From the NCBI RefSeq assembly GCF_006345805.1, contig NC_042998.1, positions 12,896,001 through 12,960,000 on the forward strand: 64,000 nt of DNA. The letters run 5' to 3'. Shown here one piece after another: positions 11,851-25,609 of the stretch. Below the pieces are notes generated by a model. The model saw only the letters and a program-made list of their open reading frames with translations. It searched no databases and was not told where the DNA came from. The DNA is from Octopus sinensis (Eukaryota). Each line of letters opens with the position of its first letter. Position 1 is the first letter of the stretch. The translations under genes were made by a program, and so were the position numbers.

Positions 11851-14340
11851 TCTGATTTCTTTGTCAGCCTATCATAATTCCTATTCAGTTGTCTTATTTC
11901 CATTACGGGCCTTCGCTTCATTACCTGCGCAGTTGTATGTGCCTTGTGTACGTGCTGTTGATTTATTTAGTGTTGCTATTTGCACTGTACTGAAAGTGCT
12001 TTACCTAGAATGTATGCGGTGCCTAGCAGTGTTATTTTCTGTATTTCAACTATATTTGTATGTCATGTTGTTTTGGTTATGTATTTTTTGCTGTTTTTCT
12101 TCTGTGTACGCACCTATCATTGTAGGGATTTTTCTGAGTGGATTTTGACCATCATTTCACGCAACTGATTAGGTTTGACGATAGAGGAAAGACAGGGAAA
12201 AACTGACCACCTAACCCGACTTGTCACGGCTCTCAAGTGGGCATTCTTATTTATAGGAAAGGCTAATAACAGCTGATGAAATACACGAAACACAACTTCT
12301 GTTGATTTTCCAGCATGGTGTTCGATATACGATTATTGTCTGACGATATACTCTAGGAAACCGTTTGCATCGATGAATATCAACAGGAATTTTTATTGAG
12401 ACAGGACTTTGGAAGGTTTCCAGAAATCGCTTGTCTCTCAGTGCTGTCGGGGGATATTTCCCGTTTAGCGTAGATGCTACGATTATGTTCATGCTGTCGG
12501 CAGCACGTCCCTGAGAGTCTCACAGAAGAATGAAATCATCTCGCACGGGTTTATAATGTGCAGCGCATTGCTGACTTGTAGAGTTATGTCGATCATCTGC
12601 TATCACATGTAGGACGATCCGGTTATCAGCCGACTCTATCCTGAAAATAACTCTGCTGCCTGTGTGGGACACGAAAAGCAAATATTTTTCTCTGAATGGT
12701 CGCCATAGCGAAAGAGGAAGTGAATTGGACATGACTAAACGGACTGCCCATAGACACGTTCTTATTCCGCCAGTCACCCATCGTCTCCTTCAAATTTAAC
12801 TTTGAAATGAAAATGATGGCCGGGAGGCAGGTGCTGCATATCCAGTAAATCTATAATCAGAAGGGTGAATGTAGTTGGAATTGTCTAGTTAATGGACCAA
12901 TCCCAAGCATCTGTGCGTCGCTTAAAATTATAGGAAGAAGTAAGCGGCAGCGATCACAGGATACATTGGGATCAGGCTGATAGTTTTATAGCGTTGTTAA
13001 TTGCGTTCAGAATGTCAAGATAAAATGTACATTATATGATAAGACAATGGAAGCATACTAAACTCTTCAGTGTGACAGATGAGACAAAGGAACTAGTTTC
13101 TTTAATCAGGGTTGTCTCTACTAAACAAATACACCAAAGAAAATGTGTGCTTGTGTGTGTGTATTTGTGTGTGTGCTAAAATTCAGTCGTTTGTTCATGA
13201 TACTGAGCCTATAAATTTTTCAAAAATAGTAGTAAGATTTTGCTAGTAACTAATTCTCTGAGACGGGCTGTAGATATTGTAACTCATTTCATAAAACATA
13301 GTTTATGGCGAACTTACCACCACAAAGAAGATTTGCCTTCTAGTATATTTTTTTTCTCAAATATAAATCACTTCCTTTAGCAGAAGTAAAATGAAAAAGT
13401 TTACGTTAATGTTTGCTGGTATAATCTAAGCGGAATATCACGTGGACAGAGTGAACAATGGCCGAAAGAATAAGCAACATTAAAATCATGTTTAAGCATG
13501 AGATCAAATAACTTTGACATATCTTTGCTTGTTTATAGATTGTCAAGCAATATTAGGCGATGCAATAATGCATCAACTGTAAATGTTCGCATATTAAAAT
13601 AGGTTCATATTTATCATTTCATTCCGATCCAAACATTTCTACATTTATCGCCTCGTCTAAGGCTTTTAAATCATATTAGTTACAAACATCAATATTTGAT
13701 TAAGGTTTAACATAGGGACATATATGAAATTTCGTTGCTACAAAATGTCACATCTACGAAGTGGGAAATATATTCTGAACATTTTATAACGTTAATCTGT
13801 AAGTATCAAATATTAAGCCGATTGCTAATGGTAGATGTTTCATAAGTATTAGATGTTGCACCTATATATGCAAATACAATTCTAATAGTAACAGCGTCAA
13901 GCTAATCGATTACTACATACCGTGCGTGATATTTTGATAAGCATGTCATAATTAATCTTACTATTTAAAGTATATACTGTGGTCTTACGGGCATTATAAT
14001 AGGTAAGTGGTTTAAATGAAAGTAAGCATTTGAACCTATATCGTATCATGATATTACAATTTATAATTTGCTGTTAGGTTGATGCAGTAAATATAGGAAC
14101 TAATGAACAGTAATCGTGTCTTACATCCCCAGATTATTAAGCGAAGATGTGTTACAATTGAAATAAGATTAGTATATAACATACTGTTAATTTCCGCAGC
14201 AATATGTAGTGAATAAAGTCCTAGTAACGTGGTTCTCATTTTACTAAAATTAGTATCAATCAGTCGTTCTTTCATTCCTAGAAAATGCTATTTATTTTGA
14301 ATATAGATTTTTAAGTACTAATATTGCTGTATTACACCCA

Positions 14341-14950
14341 GAGACCTGGGTGTAATTGTTGATGACGATCTCAGTTGGAGTGCACACATCAACAAGAAGG
14401 TCGATATAGCTCGTAGGATGAGTTCCTGGATCTTAAGAACTTTCCGGTCCAGAGAACAAGGTATCATCATACCACTTTTTTCCTCCTTTGTACGGCCACA
14501 CCTTGAATACTGCTGTCCACTGTGGTCTCCTCACACAAGACAAAACATCTCCAGAATTGAGTCACCCCAGAGGGCTCTCACTAAACAAATTGAAGGCATG
14601 GCTGCTCTCGATTATTGGGATCGCCTTAAAGCCTTGAAACTTTACTCCCTCCAGCGTCGCCGGGAGCGGTACATCATTTGTACAATGTGGAAAATATACC
14701 GCCAACTTTGCCCAAACGACCTAAACATTAGCTTCAAGGTTCATCCAAGACTTGGACCAGAATACCAGATAAGCCACCCATAATTGGATACAACTCACCC
14801 AACAAGAACTCACTACTTGAACAAAACTTGACTTAAACAAAACTTGACTTAAACAGGATTCGAATAATCCTATCAGGTGGTGCTATTAAGTTAGACATGG
14901 CCTGGACCAATCTTTGATCGAAACATATCTAAGTTTATCTAAGTTTATCT
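14341..14950 (+). mobile_element. CR1-like LINE 3' fragment (RT thumb and C-terminus, internal deletion, 3' UTR)
   Basis: RDLGVIVDDDLSWSAHINK...FSSFVRPHLEYCCPLWSPH...LKLYSLQRRRER, followed by the same 3' UTR and (TCTAAGTTTA)n tail as the other two copies. Confidence 0.92.
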
Positions 14951-15129
14951 ATGTTATTACTTGCCTTTGTTGTTGTCGATGCTGTTATTGTAGCTGTTGC
15001 AATTTCCATGACTGCTAAATTTCAATGTGTCAGTTTCGTTGTTCTGCTTTGAAATCTTCGAAGTATCATGGCTACATAAGAAATTTTCATTTATTTACGT
15101 TGTTCTTTGCATTTTTTGTAGCATGCCAT

Positions 15130-15739
15130 TAAAGAGACGCTGGGGTAAAATATACGAAGCCCAATATACCCATCATGACTACCCGTCTGATAAGGGTACA
15201 TCAGGCACATGCATCACAACCATATGTGCGCGACATGGTGATCTCATATCAAGATAAACAGCACATGATCTTGCAGGTAGGGCCCAGTTAGAATGTTCTT
15301 CTGGTCGAGTAACCCATCCCGCTCAAAAGGTCCATGAATAAGGGTTGTGTAAGGATGTTGAACGAACCACCCATGTTTCCAGAGGTTAATTATTCAAACC
15401 CCAAAGTATTTCTCTCAACACATGGCTATGATGCTCCCCCACTACTCCTGCTCATGATCAGAGATGCATATATCGTCAGCCACAAAGGGATATGCCCAAC
15501 TGGTTAAGATCAAACAACTGACAAGCAAATTTGTAGTATAGAGCAGAATATTAGCTGTAGCCCATCTTTTATACCAAGACAAAACAATGTACATGATAAC
15601 ACTTCCAATCAGTTAAGATCAGAAGCCACGAGAGCCACTCTCTGGTACTGCATCAGGGTATTTATTATTATTATTATTGTTGTTATTATCATTATTATTA
15701 TTATCATTATTATTATTATTGTTATTATTGTTGTTGTTG

Positions 15740-15790
<51 letters not shown>

Positions 15791-15835
15791 TATTATTATT
15801 ATTATTATTATTATTATCATTATTACTACTATTAT
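15130..15835 (+). mobile_element. Interspersed repeat ending in an (ATT)n tract; probable retroposon 3' region
   Basis: Non-coding, GC-richer block ending ...GGTACTGCATCAGGGTA and running straight into (TTA)n. Recognised from memory as a common Octopus repeat; not verified by a search. Confidence 0.5.
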
Positions 15836-15854
15836 CACTGGCGCCGTTACAGCA

Positions 15855-16040
15855 TTGTGCTGGTAGAATCATTTGCAAGCCGGACCCAATTCTTCAGGCG
15901 TTTCATTTGTATTCATGTTCTGAATTTAAATACCTCCAGGCTAGACTTTCCTTTGCCTTTATTCGGATTCGATAAAATAAGTGTCTTTTGAGCACTAGAG
16001 TCCATGTAATCAAATAGCTCCCTTCCACAAAATTTCTAAC
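15855..16040 (+). mobile_element. Degenerate SINE, family 2
   Basis: GTTCTGAATTTAAAT...TTCGATAAAATAAGT...CACTAGAGTC aligns by eye to 40051-40282. Confidence 0.6.
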
Positions 16041-16247
16041 CGATTACTTATGGTGGAAAGGAAGCTAAGAAGCGTTGTTGCTAACATTAGAACAATCATC
16101 AGATATATGTTTATGTATTTATTTCTAATTTCATTTTTGGCAACAGCAAAGATTTTATATCCAGGGCTGACTTTTCGAGCTATGCTGCAATTGTTATTAG
16201 GGCTGTTAATAAATCATATAGTCACACAAATCGATTTAAACAACATT

Positions 16248-16291
16248 ATGTATGTATGTGCGTATGTATGTATGTATGTATGTATGTATCC

Positions 16292-16362
<71 letters not shown>

Positions 16363-16575
16363 GATCTTTCTATCGAACTATCTGTCTGTCAGTCTATCTG
16401 TCTATCGATCTTTCTATCGAACTATCTGTCTGTCAGTCTATCTATCTATCAATCAATCTATCAATCAATCAATCTATCTATCTATCTATCTATCTTCCTA
16501 TCGAACTATCTGTCTGTCTGTCTATCTATCTATCTATATATATATCTATCTATCTATCAATCTATCTGTCTGTCT
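16248..16575. repeat. (TATG)n/(TATC)n tetranucleotide block with internal repeated variants
   Basis: Direct inspection. Confidence 0.95.
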
Positions 16576-17537
16576 GTCTCTACTCATATGTGTATGTGTG
16601 TGCTTGTGTGTCATATCTAATTGTGTGTTTATGTTTTGCTTTTCCCGCACACAAATACTCACACATATATGGAGAGAGAAAGAGAGAAAGAGAGAAAGGG
16701 AGGAGAGAGAGAAAGAGAGAAAGGGACGAGTAGAGAGAGAGAGAAACCGTGAAAGAAAGACAAATACAAAGTAAAAGACTGAGAAGGACAGGAGGATGCA
16801 AATCTAGATATAGAATGAGAGAGGTAGAAAAGACAATTCTGTTGCTGATAATCAGACGAGATTGTGAAACGAAGCCACTGTACAATAACTGAAATTTACA
16901 TATACTTATATCATAACCTCTATCAACTTATCTATCTATGTGTATGTGTGTGTACGTGAGTGTTTGTATAAAGATATCTCTATGTGCATGTGTGATTGCT
17001 TTTATGTATATTTTCTTTTTGTATTTGTTTTACATTAATATAAACTAAATATAAACTTATGATAGCGAAATCAGGATACGTAGGACTGGAGTTGCTCTCG
17101 TCACTTCATTTTAGTGTGACCTGTCAAAAGGAATATTATTTTACTTGAAGAAACATTCCCACTTGCATTTTCCTTCAGATTTCGTTCTTCACTTTCCATT
17201 TCCTTGCAAAATGAAATAGTTCTGATTTGTCTCGAATTATTAAATTTTGTATTTGCTTATAATCAAATCTTTGATACATTGCGTGGTGCTATAACGTAAA
17301 TTTTAAAGTATGCCTATTGCTATTCAGATTCCGATGTCTATTACAATTGTTACTGTATTTCATTTTCTTTTTTTTTTTTGTGTGTGTGTGAGTGATATTT
17401 ATACACATATGAATTTCGTTGAATACTGAACGTTTATTTATAGATCAAATCAATATTTAAGGAAGGATTTCCAAAGGGAAAAAGAAATGTAAATAATTAC
17501 AGTTTTGGAAACATTTCATGTTTTATGGAAGCTTTTG

Positions 17538-17781
17538 ATACTTCCATGCGTTAAATGCAGTAAAAGGTACATAGAAGGTGCTTATAAGGACAAGAATGTG
17601 ACATGCATTGGTGAGACATGTACTAGCGTACCGGAGAGGATTAATGGACAGTGGAAGGAATATGATGGCAAGAAACAGTCCTGATTACTCTAGCAAAATG
17701 TCAAAGACCAACATGGGAGGACACTGGACCGAATTGACATCTTAATTTTATCCAAGAACCCGAAGGACCCGTCACTTCGAC
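17538..17781 (+). mobile_element. Possible decayed GIY-YIG endonuclease remnant of a Penelope-like element
   Basis: ILPCVKCSKRYIEGAYKDKNVTCIGETCTSVPERINGQWKEYDGKKQS*...QHGRTLDRIDILILSKNPKDPSLR: CxxC followed by IGET and ERI, then a stop. Confidence 0.5.
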
Positions 17782-19145
17782 ATACATAGGTACACACGCA
17801 CGCTAGCGCGAACACATAAGCACACACACACACACACACACACACACGAGAACATTTCACATCAAAATTCTCACAAAAATCCCCAAAGAAACAAAAAGAA
17901 GCAAATGAAAAAAAAATAGAAAAAAACGTAGCTTAAATAACATCCATTGATATGGTCGAAAATACATGTATTTATCTGGTTGGTGCTATTTTCACCTGTG
18001 TATTAAATGCCTAGCCGCATTTGCTTTAGTAAAATGTGCACTGAGATACTCTAAATACAACATGTGCTATAAGAGGAGATAATAATTATTGAAATTGCTA
18101 ATTGCTATTAAGAATTAAAGTTAAGATTATACCGTTATCTAAATCAGTTTAAAATAGTTTATATAGAATTTAAAATGTCGACGTAATTAATTCATCAGTG
18201 ATAACTGCATTTATGAAGTTCTTTAGAGGAATATATTAAGTTATTATAATACACGAAGTTATATTTTCTATACTGTTAAAATCCTACTAGTGGGACCTGT
18301 GGAAATTCCATAGAACGAATAAGATTAAGAGAAGCTATTTAAGAAAGAATGGATTATTTTATTTTTATTTATATTTTGCTGAGAAATTCACTTCCAGTTA
18401 CAATAATATATTATATTATAAAATTTCTTTCTACTAAAAGCTTTATATTTCTCTCTTTCTCTGTACCTCTTCAACGCCCTTTTAAGTCAAATAATTCCCG
18501 TTTCGTCTTCATGTTTTAAACATTTTTCTCTTTCTCTTCGACTCTCCCTTCCACTAATTCTCTCTTTCTCTCTATTTCTCTTAATTTAACTGCTTCCACT
18601 GCCCCTCTCTCTTTATCTGCCTGTCTTTAACCTCAACATCATGATATTATCCTCTGCTAAATATTGTATCCTAAACATATCGCTTTCTCATTACCTTTCC
18701 TCCCACCCTACAGTACAACCTTAAAACGTCTCTATCCCTCTTTTCTCTCACTGTTCCTTTCTCCTGCTCTTCGGCTCTCTCTCTCCCTCTCTTCTACTAG
18801 CCATGATAATAACAATAAAGAACAAATGTGAGTTAAAAGATCATGGTTAACTATTGTTCATAAATATCTTCATAGGTTTCCGTTTCCCTACAAGAAAAAA
18901 GAAAGAAAACTTTAGAAAGAGTCAATTAGATAGACGTAACTGTCTATAAAAAAGAGGCAGGGTTGGATAAGACTTTACTTCATGATGTTATTTACCAGTT
19001 AAAAGGACAAGGCACTATGAAACTTATGATGTTGACATAAGGACAACTAATATTAGGGGCCTGATGGGGGAACGTTTATAAACAATGTTATTATGTTGCA
19101 TAAATAGATGAAATAGTAAGAAATAAGTATAAAATACGTATATTA

Positions 19146-19252
19146 CAGCTGGCTATTGACACACTTTCTGGGATGAGATGGGATCGATGCGGAAGGATTA
19201 CTTCCCTTTGCAAATACCGATAGGGCATAGAAAATGTGTCAATAGCCGGCTG
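19146..19252. repeat. 107-bp mini-element bounded by 24-bp inverted repeats
   Basis: CAGCTGGCTATTGACACACTTTCT ... AGAAAATGTGTCAATAGCCGGCTG (22/24 complementary); TA on the left flank only. Confidence 0.7.
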
Positions 19253-20906
19253 GTGGAGGTGTCTTCCCGGAGCTACAAGCTACAGTAGCATCCACCCTCA
19301 AAGGTTAGCCACATTTAAGTGGCAAATATACTTCACGATATATATATTTGTCTATATATATCTATCTTTATATCTATCTCTATATGTATTTGCCGTTATA
19401 ATAATACACATATAATACTGAATATAATTGATATTCTAGCGTTGGATATGTTTTCACTCTTTTCTTCCCACTCATACAATAGGCAATGTTATTCTTCTTC
19501 TGCAGTTATTAACGATGGCCAGCTACTGTGATTGTATAACTTTTAGTTTTTATGACAGCTATTTTAGTTTTTGTTTATCTGAAACGTTCTCACCCGTTTT
19601 TCCTGGATATAATCATGTACCCCAAGTGTATTGCATGCTGTGCATCAATAAGTAGTACAACATTGTTATTTCTGCTTTAAATTAGTTTTTGGTTCTTCCG
19701 TTATTTATGTTGAGTTGATTCCCAATACATATTCCATCTTTGTCTGCAAATATGGAAATAGATTTAGCAGAGGCCGATTACAAAATTCTATATATTTAAT
19801 TGTTTCTCAATGTTTATTCAACTTGGTTATGTAGCATGTTTTGCATATGAAAGAACACACACATAAGCAATATTAGTTGATCAAAGCTATAAACGTGGCA
19901 TGGATTTTTCAAATCACCGAAAATTTACTGCTTATTGTTGTGCTTTCGAACTCTTTTAATGTCACATCTTTTAATATATCTGGAATATTTTAAAACAAGG
20001 ATCTCAACCTGTTAATATCTTTTCATCTTGTGTTGTATACAAATCATCATCTGAATTCTGTTTCCGTTCTAAAGTTATCTCTGATTAAGTAGTAATACGT
20101 GCAAATGTATTTCGTCTTAGGATCAGTTGTCTTTTTTGTCTGAGAATCAAACGCGAAAGTACGAATTGTGTAGGGACTGGGTGAGAGATAACTGGATATT
20201 ATTTCTATATTGCATGGGTCTCCATCCTTGGTTTAAAATTCTATGTACGCAGATGCAAGTGAGTGGAGAGAACTTCGTTTATGTTGTGTGGATGCCCCTC
20301 GACGATGAAGTAGGCTAGCCCAATACGTAGATATAGAGGGAGAAGTCTAGACGTCAGAGAGGAGAGAGTAGACTACAATGTGTGGAATTCAAAGAATTGT
20401 CACAAGTAGTGGATTTAGTAGAAATCGAACCACTAATGAAATATTACTAAAAAGTAAATAAGTATGTCAAATCGACAGGAAACAAAGAAAAGAAAACAGA
20501 AAAAGGAGGAAAAAAAGGAAAAAGAAAGAGTAAGTGTTTTATGTTATGTTTAATAATATCGGAAAATAGAAGAACAATTTTAAAGAACATATAACGGTTC
20601 AAATAATTGTAATGGTAGACGAAATTTAATTGTTATGTAAACACATGATAAAAACGGACAGTTTAAAAGGATTAATGGTAATGCATGTGATGAGGGGCGC
20701 ATGCAGCCATTCATAACTCCATTATTGTATAACCACCTCATCATATACGTTATATTGTATTGTCCCCCTTGTGGTATCCCGTCTGTCCTTATTTGTCCCC
20801 GTCTATGTTTGGACCCTTGTGGCTAATAAAGAAACCGTCGTGAGAGAGTAGACTAGAACAGAGTAGCAGTAGAGAGTCGAAGCTGAGTAGTAGAGGCATC
20901 AGAACG

Positions 20907-21030
20907 TGCGACATAACAGTGGGGATGAGGTTTTCATAGCTCAAGCAGCCACTGTGTAGTATTGCGATATAACAGTGGCAACGAGGATTTCGAAGCTCAC
21001 ACAGCCACTGTGTAGTATTGCGACATAACA
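20907..21030 (+). repeat. 56-bp minisatellite, 2.2 units
   Basis: TGCGA(C/T)ATAACA recurs at 20907, 20963 and 21019; CAGCCACTGTGTAGTAT occurs twice. Confidence 0.85.
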
Positions 21031-22224
21031 ATTTCGAAAGTTGTGTTTTACGAAAAACTAATTAACTTATAACAATAGAGATTTTCTGCATAAAACCGTT
21101 GCCTGAAAATCTACATGCTGTCACTGTATTTCTCTATCATAAATACCTTTACTTCTAGAAGTTATTGTATCGCTCAGTTTAGAGATGTATAAACATTAGC
21201 AGCAAAAATAAACAGACTACATCATCAGAATGCTAGGCAGAGAAAGTAAGAATTGAAATAACACCACATTGATAATTGTATAGTAAAATGCTTCATGAAT
21301 TTAAAACTCTGGTTGAAGATAATTTGCATCATAATATAATCATTTTATTAATCCCCAAATTTCCTTTTCCGTTATTTCTTGAGATGATAATATATTTGAC
21401 CACACTGTGAAAAGACAGATATTGACAGAGATCAAATTGCTGAAAACTAACCACATCGATGTTGCTTGAGAAAAATTTTACACACGAAATAAAAGATATT
21501 TTGCGAATTTAAAAGTTTCGAATGTATTTACATGAAAGCAATGATTTTTGCACAAAGTAGATATTATTGCTACAAAACACACACACGCAAACACAGGTAA
21601 AAGCAGACGTATATATGTATGAAAAAATACCTGAATATGTATGAACTTCTATACACACACATATATATATATAATAAAAATGTTAATAGATAGCTCACAT
21701 ATATATTGATGTTCTTCCTATCAATATATTTGTTTAAACCCAGTTGCCATCAGAATTGTTTTTAACAATCTCCTACTTGGATATGACTTCCTCAAATTCT
21801 GTATATATATATATATATATGTATTATACGCATATATACATAAGCCGTTCTGTTTGTATTTTATTAGAATATATATTTTTACCTTCTGCGATTTTATGTA
21901 TATGTATTATTTTTTAGGTGTTTCTAAACCATGGTGTTTTTATATATGACTAAATGTTTGAAGAGTGGTATTGTTTGTAAAGTCGATGACCCAAATTTAA
22001 TGTTTCTTCTATAACCAATGCTTCTTCATATATGTATATATATGTATGTATGTATGTTTGTATGTATGTATGTATGTATATATATATGTGTGTGTGTGTG
22101 TGTGTATATATGTACATATATACATATATATAAATATGTATATATTTATATGCATATACATTTGTATATATATGTTTGCATATATTTATGTATATATATA
22201 TATATCTGCCTATATGTGTATATA

Positions 22225-22414
22225 CCGGAATAAGAACATAAATGTGAGTCAAGGTGGAAAAAAGAATTCTCAGATACCAGAGGTAGAGTAATATGCTTTA
22301 TTTAAAAGCAGCAGAAATATAACTAAAGCTGTTACTCAGAGCTTCACGTTCACGTTCACGAAAGGGAACGTGACACTCTGAGCTTTTATTATATTTCTGC
22401 TGCTTTAAATAAAG
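22225..22414. mobile_element. PLE-like terminal repeat (family of 4249) folded back on itself
   Basis: The reverse complement of 22296-22345 (GAAGCTCTGAGTAACAG...TTTCTGCTGCTTTTAAATAAAG) matches 4278-4327, and a forward copy follows at 22376-22414. Confidence 0.75.
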
Positions 22415-22488
<74 letters not shown>

Positions 22489-23490
22489 TTTATTTATATA
22501 TATTTATTTATATATATATGGATATATGTATCAAAGAAAATATTAATCCTCACTTAAATGCGGATATTGTTTTTGAGCACAAACATTTACGATATTTATC
22601 ACAAGGGAACCTCTCATATAGAATTATGGTGTCTATAAGCAGTCATATTTATATCGCTAGCGGGGGAATATCTGCTCATTTTCCCTCGATTTCAATTAAT
22701 CCCTATCGATGAAAATTGCTGGTTGTAGTCGTCTTATGGCTGATATTTTAATGTGTTGGTGCCACTTGTAGCATCCTTAACTATCACTAATTACTAATTA
22801 CTAATTTTTTACTAATTAATATTTCTAATTTTTTACCATGTGATATTACCTTGATCATTATTTACGCATGCTATACCCTTGATATTATTGTCAACAATAA
22901 TATCCTTATATATATGTATGTGTATGTGTGTATGTACGTATATAAAACATATGTATATATATATACGATATAGGGTATATATAAACACATAAAGACTCCA
23001 CTTATAGGGATTTTACTCGCTAGAAAAAACAGCTTAGTTCTATGACCACAAAAAATTCGGGATAAAATTCGACAGGAATAAATTTGGATATGAAAATTAT
23101 TTACTATGTAGTTTCCTGGACTATTTGGTTTCTAATCATCTTTTAGCGAACCAGTGGCCGAAAAGACACTGAGGTTTGCTTGATATGCGGGGCCTAACCT
23201 CTCTCACTCATGATGTCCATTGCTTGAAATCTCTTGATATGGCAGTTTCTGCGCCCATGATAGACAATTACCATCTTCTACGATCCATTGGTATGCTTTT
23301 ATAGACAATACCCCTTTATGAGAGCTTCTATTGTGGCTCATATCGCAGTGTAAGGCGATTTAAACAGGCATATACGTTAAGCTAAACGTAATGTTTGCCT
23401 TTAGGTAGTAATATAGCTACCTTGTTTATCTATCTGTCTATCTATCTGTCTATCTTCTATCTGTTTGTACACACAGGCACTTATACACAT

Positions 23491-23551
<61 letters not shown>

Positions 23552-23584
23552 CTGTGTGTATATATATATACATATATACATACA

Positions 23585-23674
<90 letters not shown>

Positions 23675-23844
23675 ATATAATATATATATATATACATATA
23701 TTTATTTATATATATATGGATAGTGTACAAACATATGTAGTAATTCGCTGAAACATAAATTCATTTTATTTTATTTTTGAGATATTCATGTGTATCTCTC
23801 TCTATCTCTATCTCTCTCTCTATATATATATATACACATACACG

Positions 23845-24022
23845 CATTTTTTTTCTCTCCTTCTTTCTGTGTTTTTTTTTCTCTCTGTGTATCTTTCTGT
23901 TGAAGAGCGTAGGCTCGAAACGTTAAAGACTTGTTTTATTTATATTTCCTGAGCGCCATACTAATACAATTGTTTGTTTGTTTTCCACCTGCCTTCGTCT
24001 TTTGTCTATTTTCATAAAGCTC
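23845..24022 (+). mobile_element. PLE-like terminal repeat, family 2, carrying a hammerhead-like motif at 23892-23929
   Basis: TCTTT-CTGTTGA-A-GAGC-GTAG-GCTC-GAAA-CGTT-AAAGA; homologous to 57015-57185 and to 43578-43700 (minus strand). Confidence 0.7.
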
Positions 24023-25299
24023 CCCACATACATACATACATACATACATGCATACATAGATATACACACATACGCACATATTAAATGAAGTTGTTTGCAG
24101 ATTATTCAAAATTTGTGATAATTGTTATAAAAACTCACTCTGACATGCATACATTCGATAAATGAAATGTTAATTGAATAGAAACCTTTGCGGAGAAATA
24201 TTATCAACTAAATAAAGCTATTAATCCCCGGCTTAGAACAGTAAAATTCATTGCTAAAACATCTGAATTCTTCTCATTAGATAAGAAGGAAAAAGGAACA
24301 TTAGTTGAAATTATCTGGGAAGTAAATTACGAAATGTGTTATTTCTCACATAATGGCTCTATATAGTGTAGCATATATTGAATCATTTGAAACTATATAT
24401 ATATCACATATAATTAATCTCCAGCACGCAATATAACAATTGCGTGATATATTCATGATACGTAAATATTTGTATTTTTACTGAGTAATGTTAATAATTA
24501 TACATTTTGATATTACTTTGTAAGTAGAATCTTATCAATCATTCAATTAATATGCTGTCTTCTTTATGTAAATAATGCTATACTATATATGCCTCACACA
24601 TGCTGTTTCTGTTTACTAAAATGCGAAGAAACAGGAACATGGTCAATACATATTCAACAGCAAGGCAGTGATGTTTACAATTAATGTAAGTCATTGCATG
24701 TCTCATCTCTATGACAATGTAAGCTATCATTCTTATTTTTCGTTATTGTTTGTAATTATAAAGCCACACAGCCACACATCCAACATATATGAGGAGTGGT
24801 TGATGATTTATAGGCCTAACATCTGAGCCAGTGTGCTAATCTTTCATAGTATGATCAAATTATTGGAGGAATACTAGATTGTGATACAGCAAATGAGAAA
24901 AGCTGTTGCACGCTAAACAACTTCCAGGTAGCAAATGCACAATAAAAATAATAAACAGTATATAAGTGATACTTCGATTTGTTATTTCAATCAACAATGT
25001 GGAATTGAATGTGCAAAAATGCGTGTAGATAAATGTCACACTATATATTTTCTTACCACAGTAATATCAATTTATATTTTAATTCATTATAAATAGAATT
25101 ATTAATTTGGGTCCGAAAATAAAGCGAGAACACCATATATTTATCGTAGGTTATTTGAAATATATAGAAAATCATCGATAAATCATGTGCTATATGTGGC
25201 AAGGTTCAACGCGCAAATACTGAGAAAATGTTTGAAGATTAAATTCAGTATGACAATTGATATAGCTTCTCTTCATGTGTTTCTCTGGAAGGGGATAAA

Positions 25300-25410
25300 A
25301 ATATGACATATCATATCATATCATGTCATATCCTATAATATCATATCATACCATATCATATCATAACATGCCATATTATATCATATTGTATCATAGCATA
25401 TCACATACAC
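25300..25410. repeat. (CATAT)n pentanucleotide repeat, degenerate
   Basis: Direct inspection. Confidence 0.85.
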
Positions 25411-25609
25411 ACACACGGTAAAATGCATTTGATGGCAAAAGTAAATTTGATGAAACAAGCGGACTGAAATAGTACTTTGCGAAAGTACGAATTTGAGTAA
25501 TGTTACGTATTAAGTAATACAGCCGTACTCGTGTTCTGAATAACATGTACCAGACCGCTGAAACATCCATTCGTTTTACTTTTGATATTCATGTGTATCT
25601 CTCTCAACT

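Noticed and set aside
20907-21030. CRISPR-like alternation of conserved and variable segments
   Set aside because: There are only 2.2 units, the 'spacers' are homologous to each other, no cas genes are present and the context is eukaryotic; it is a minisatellite.
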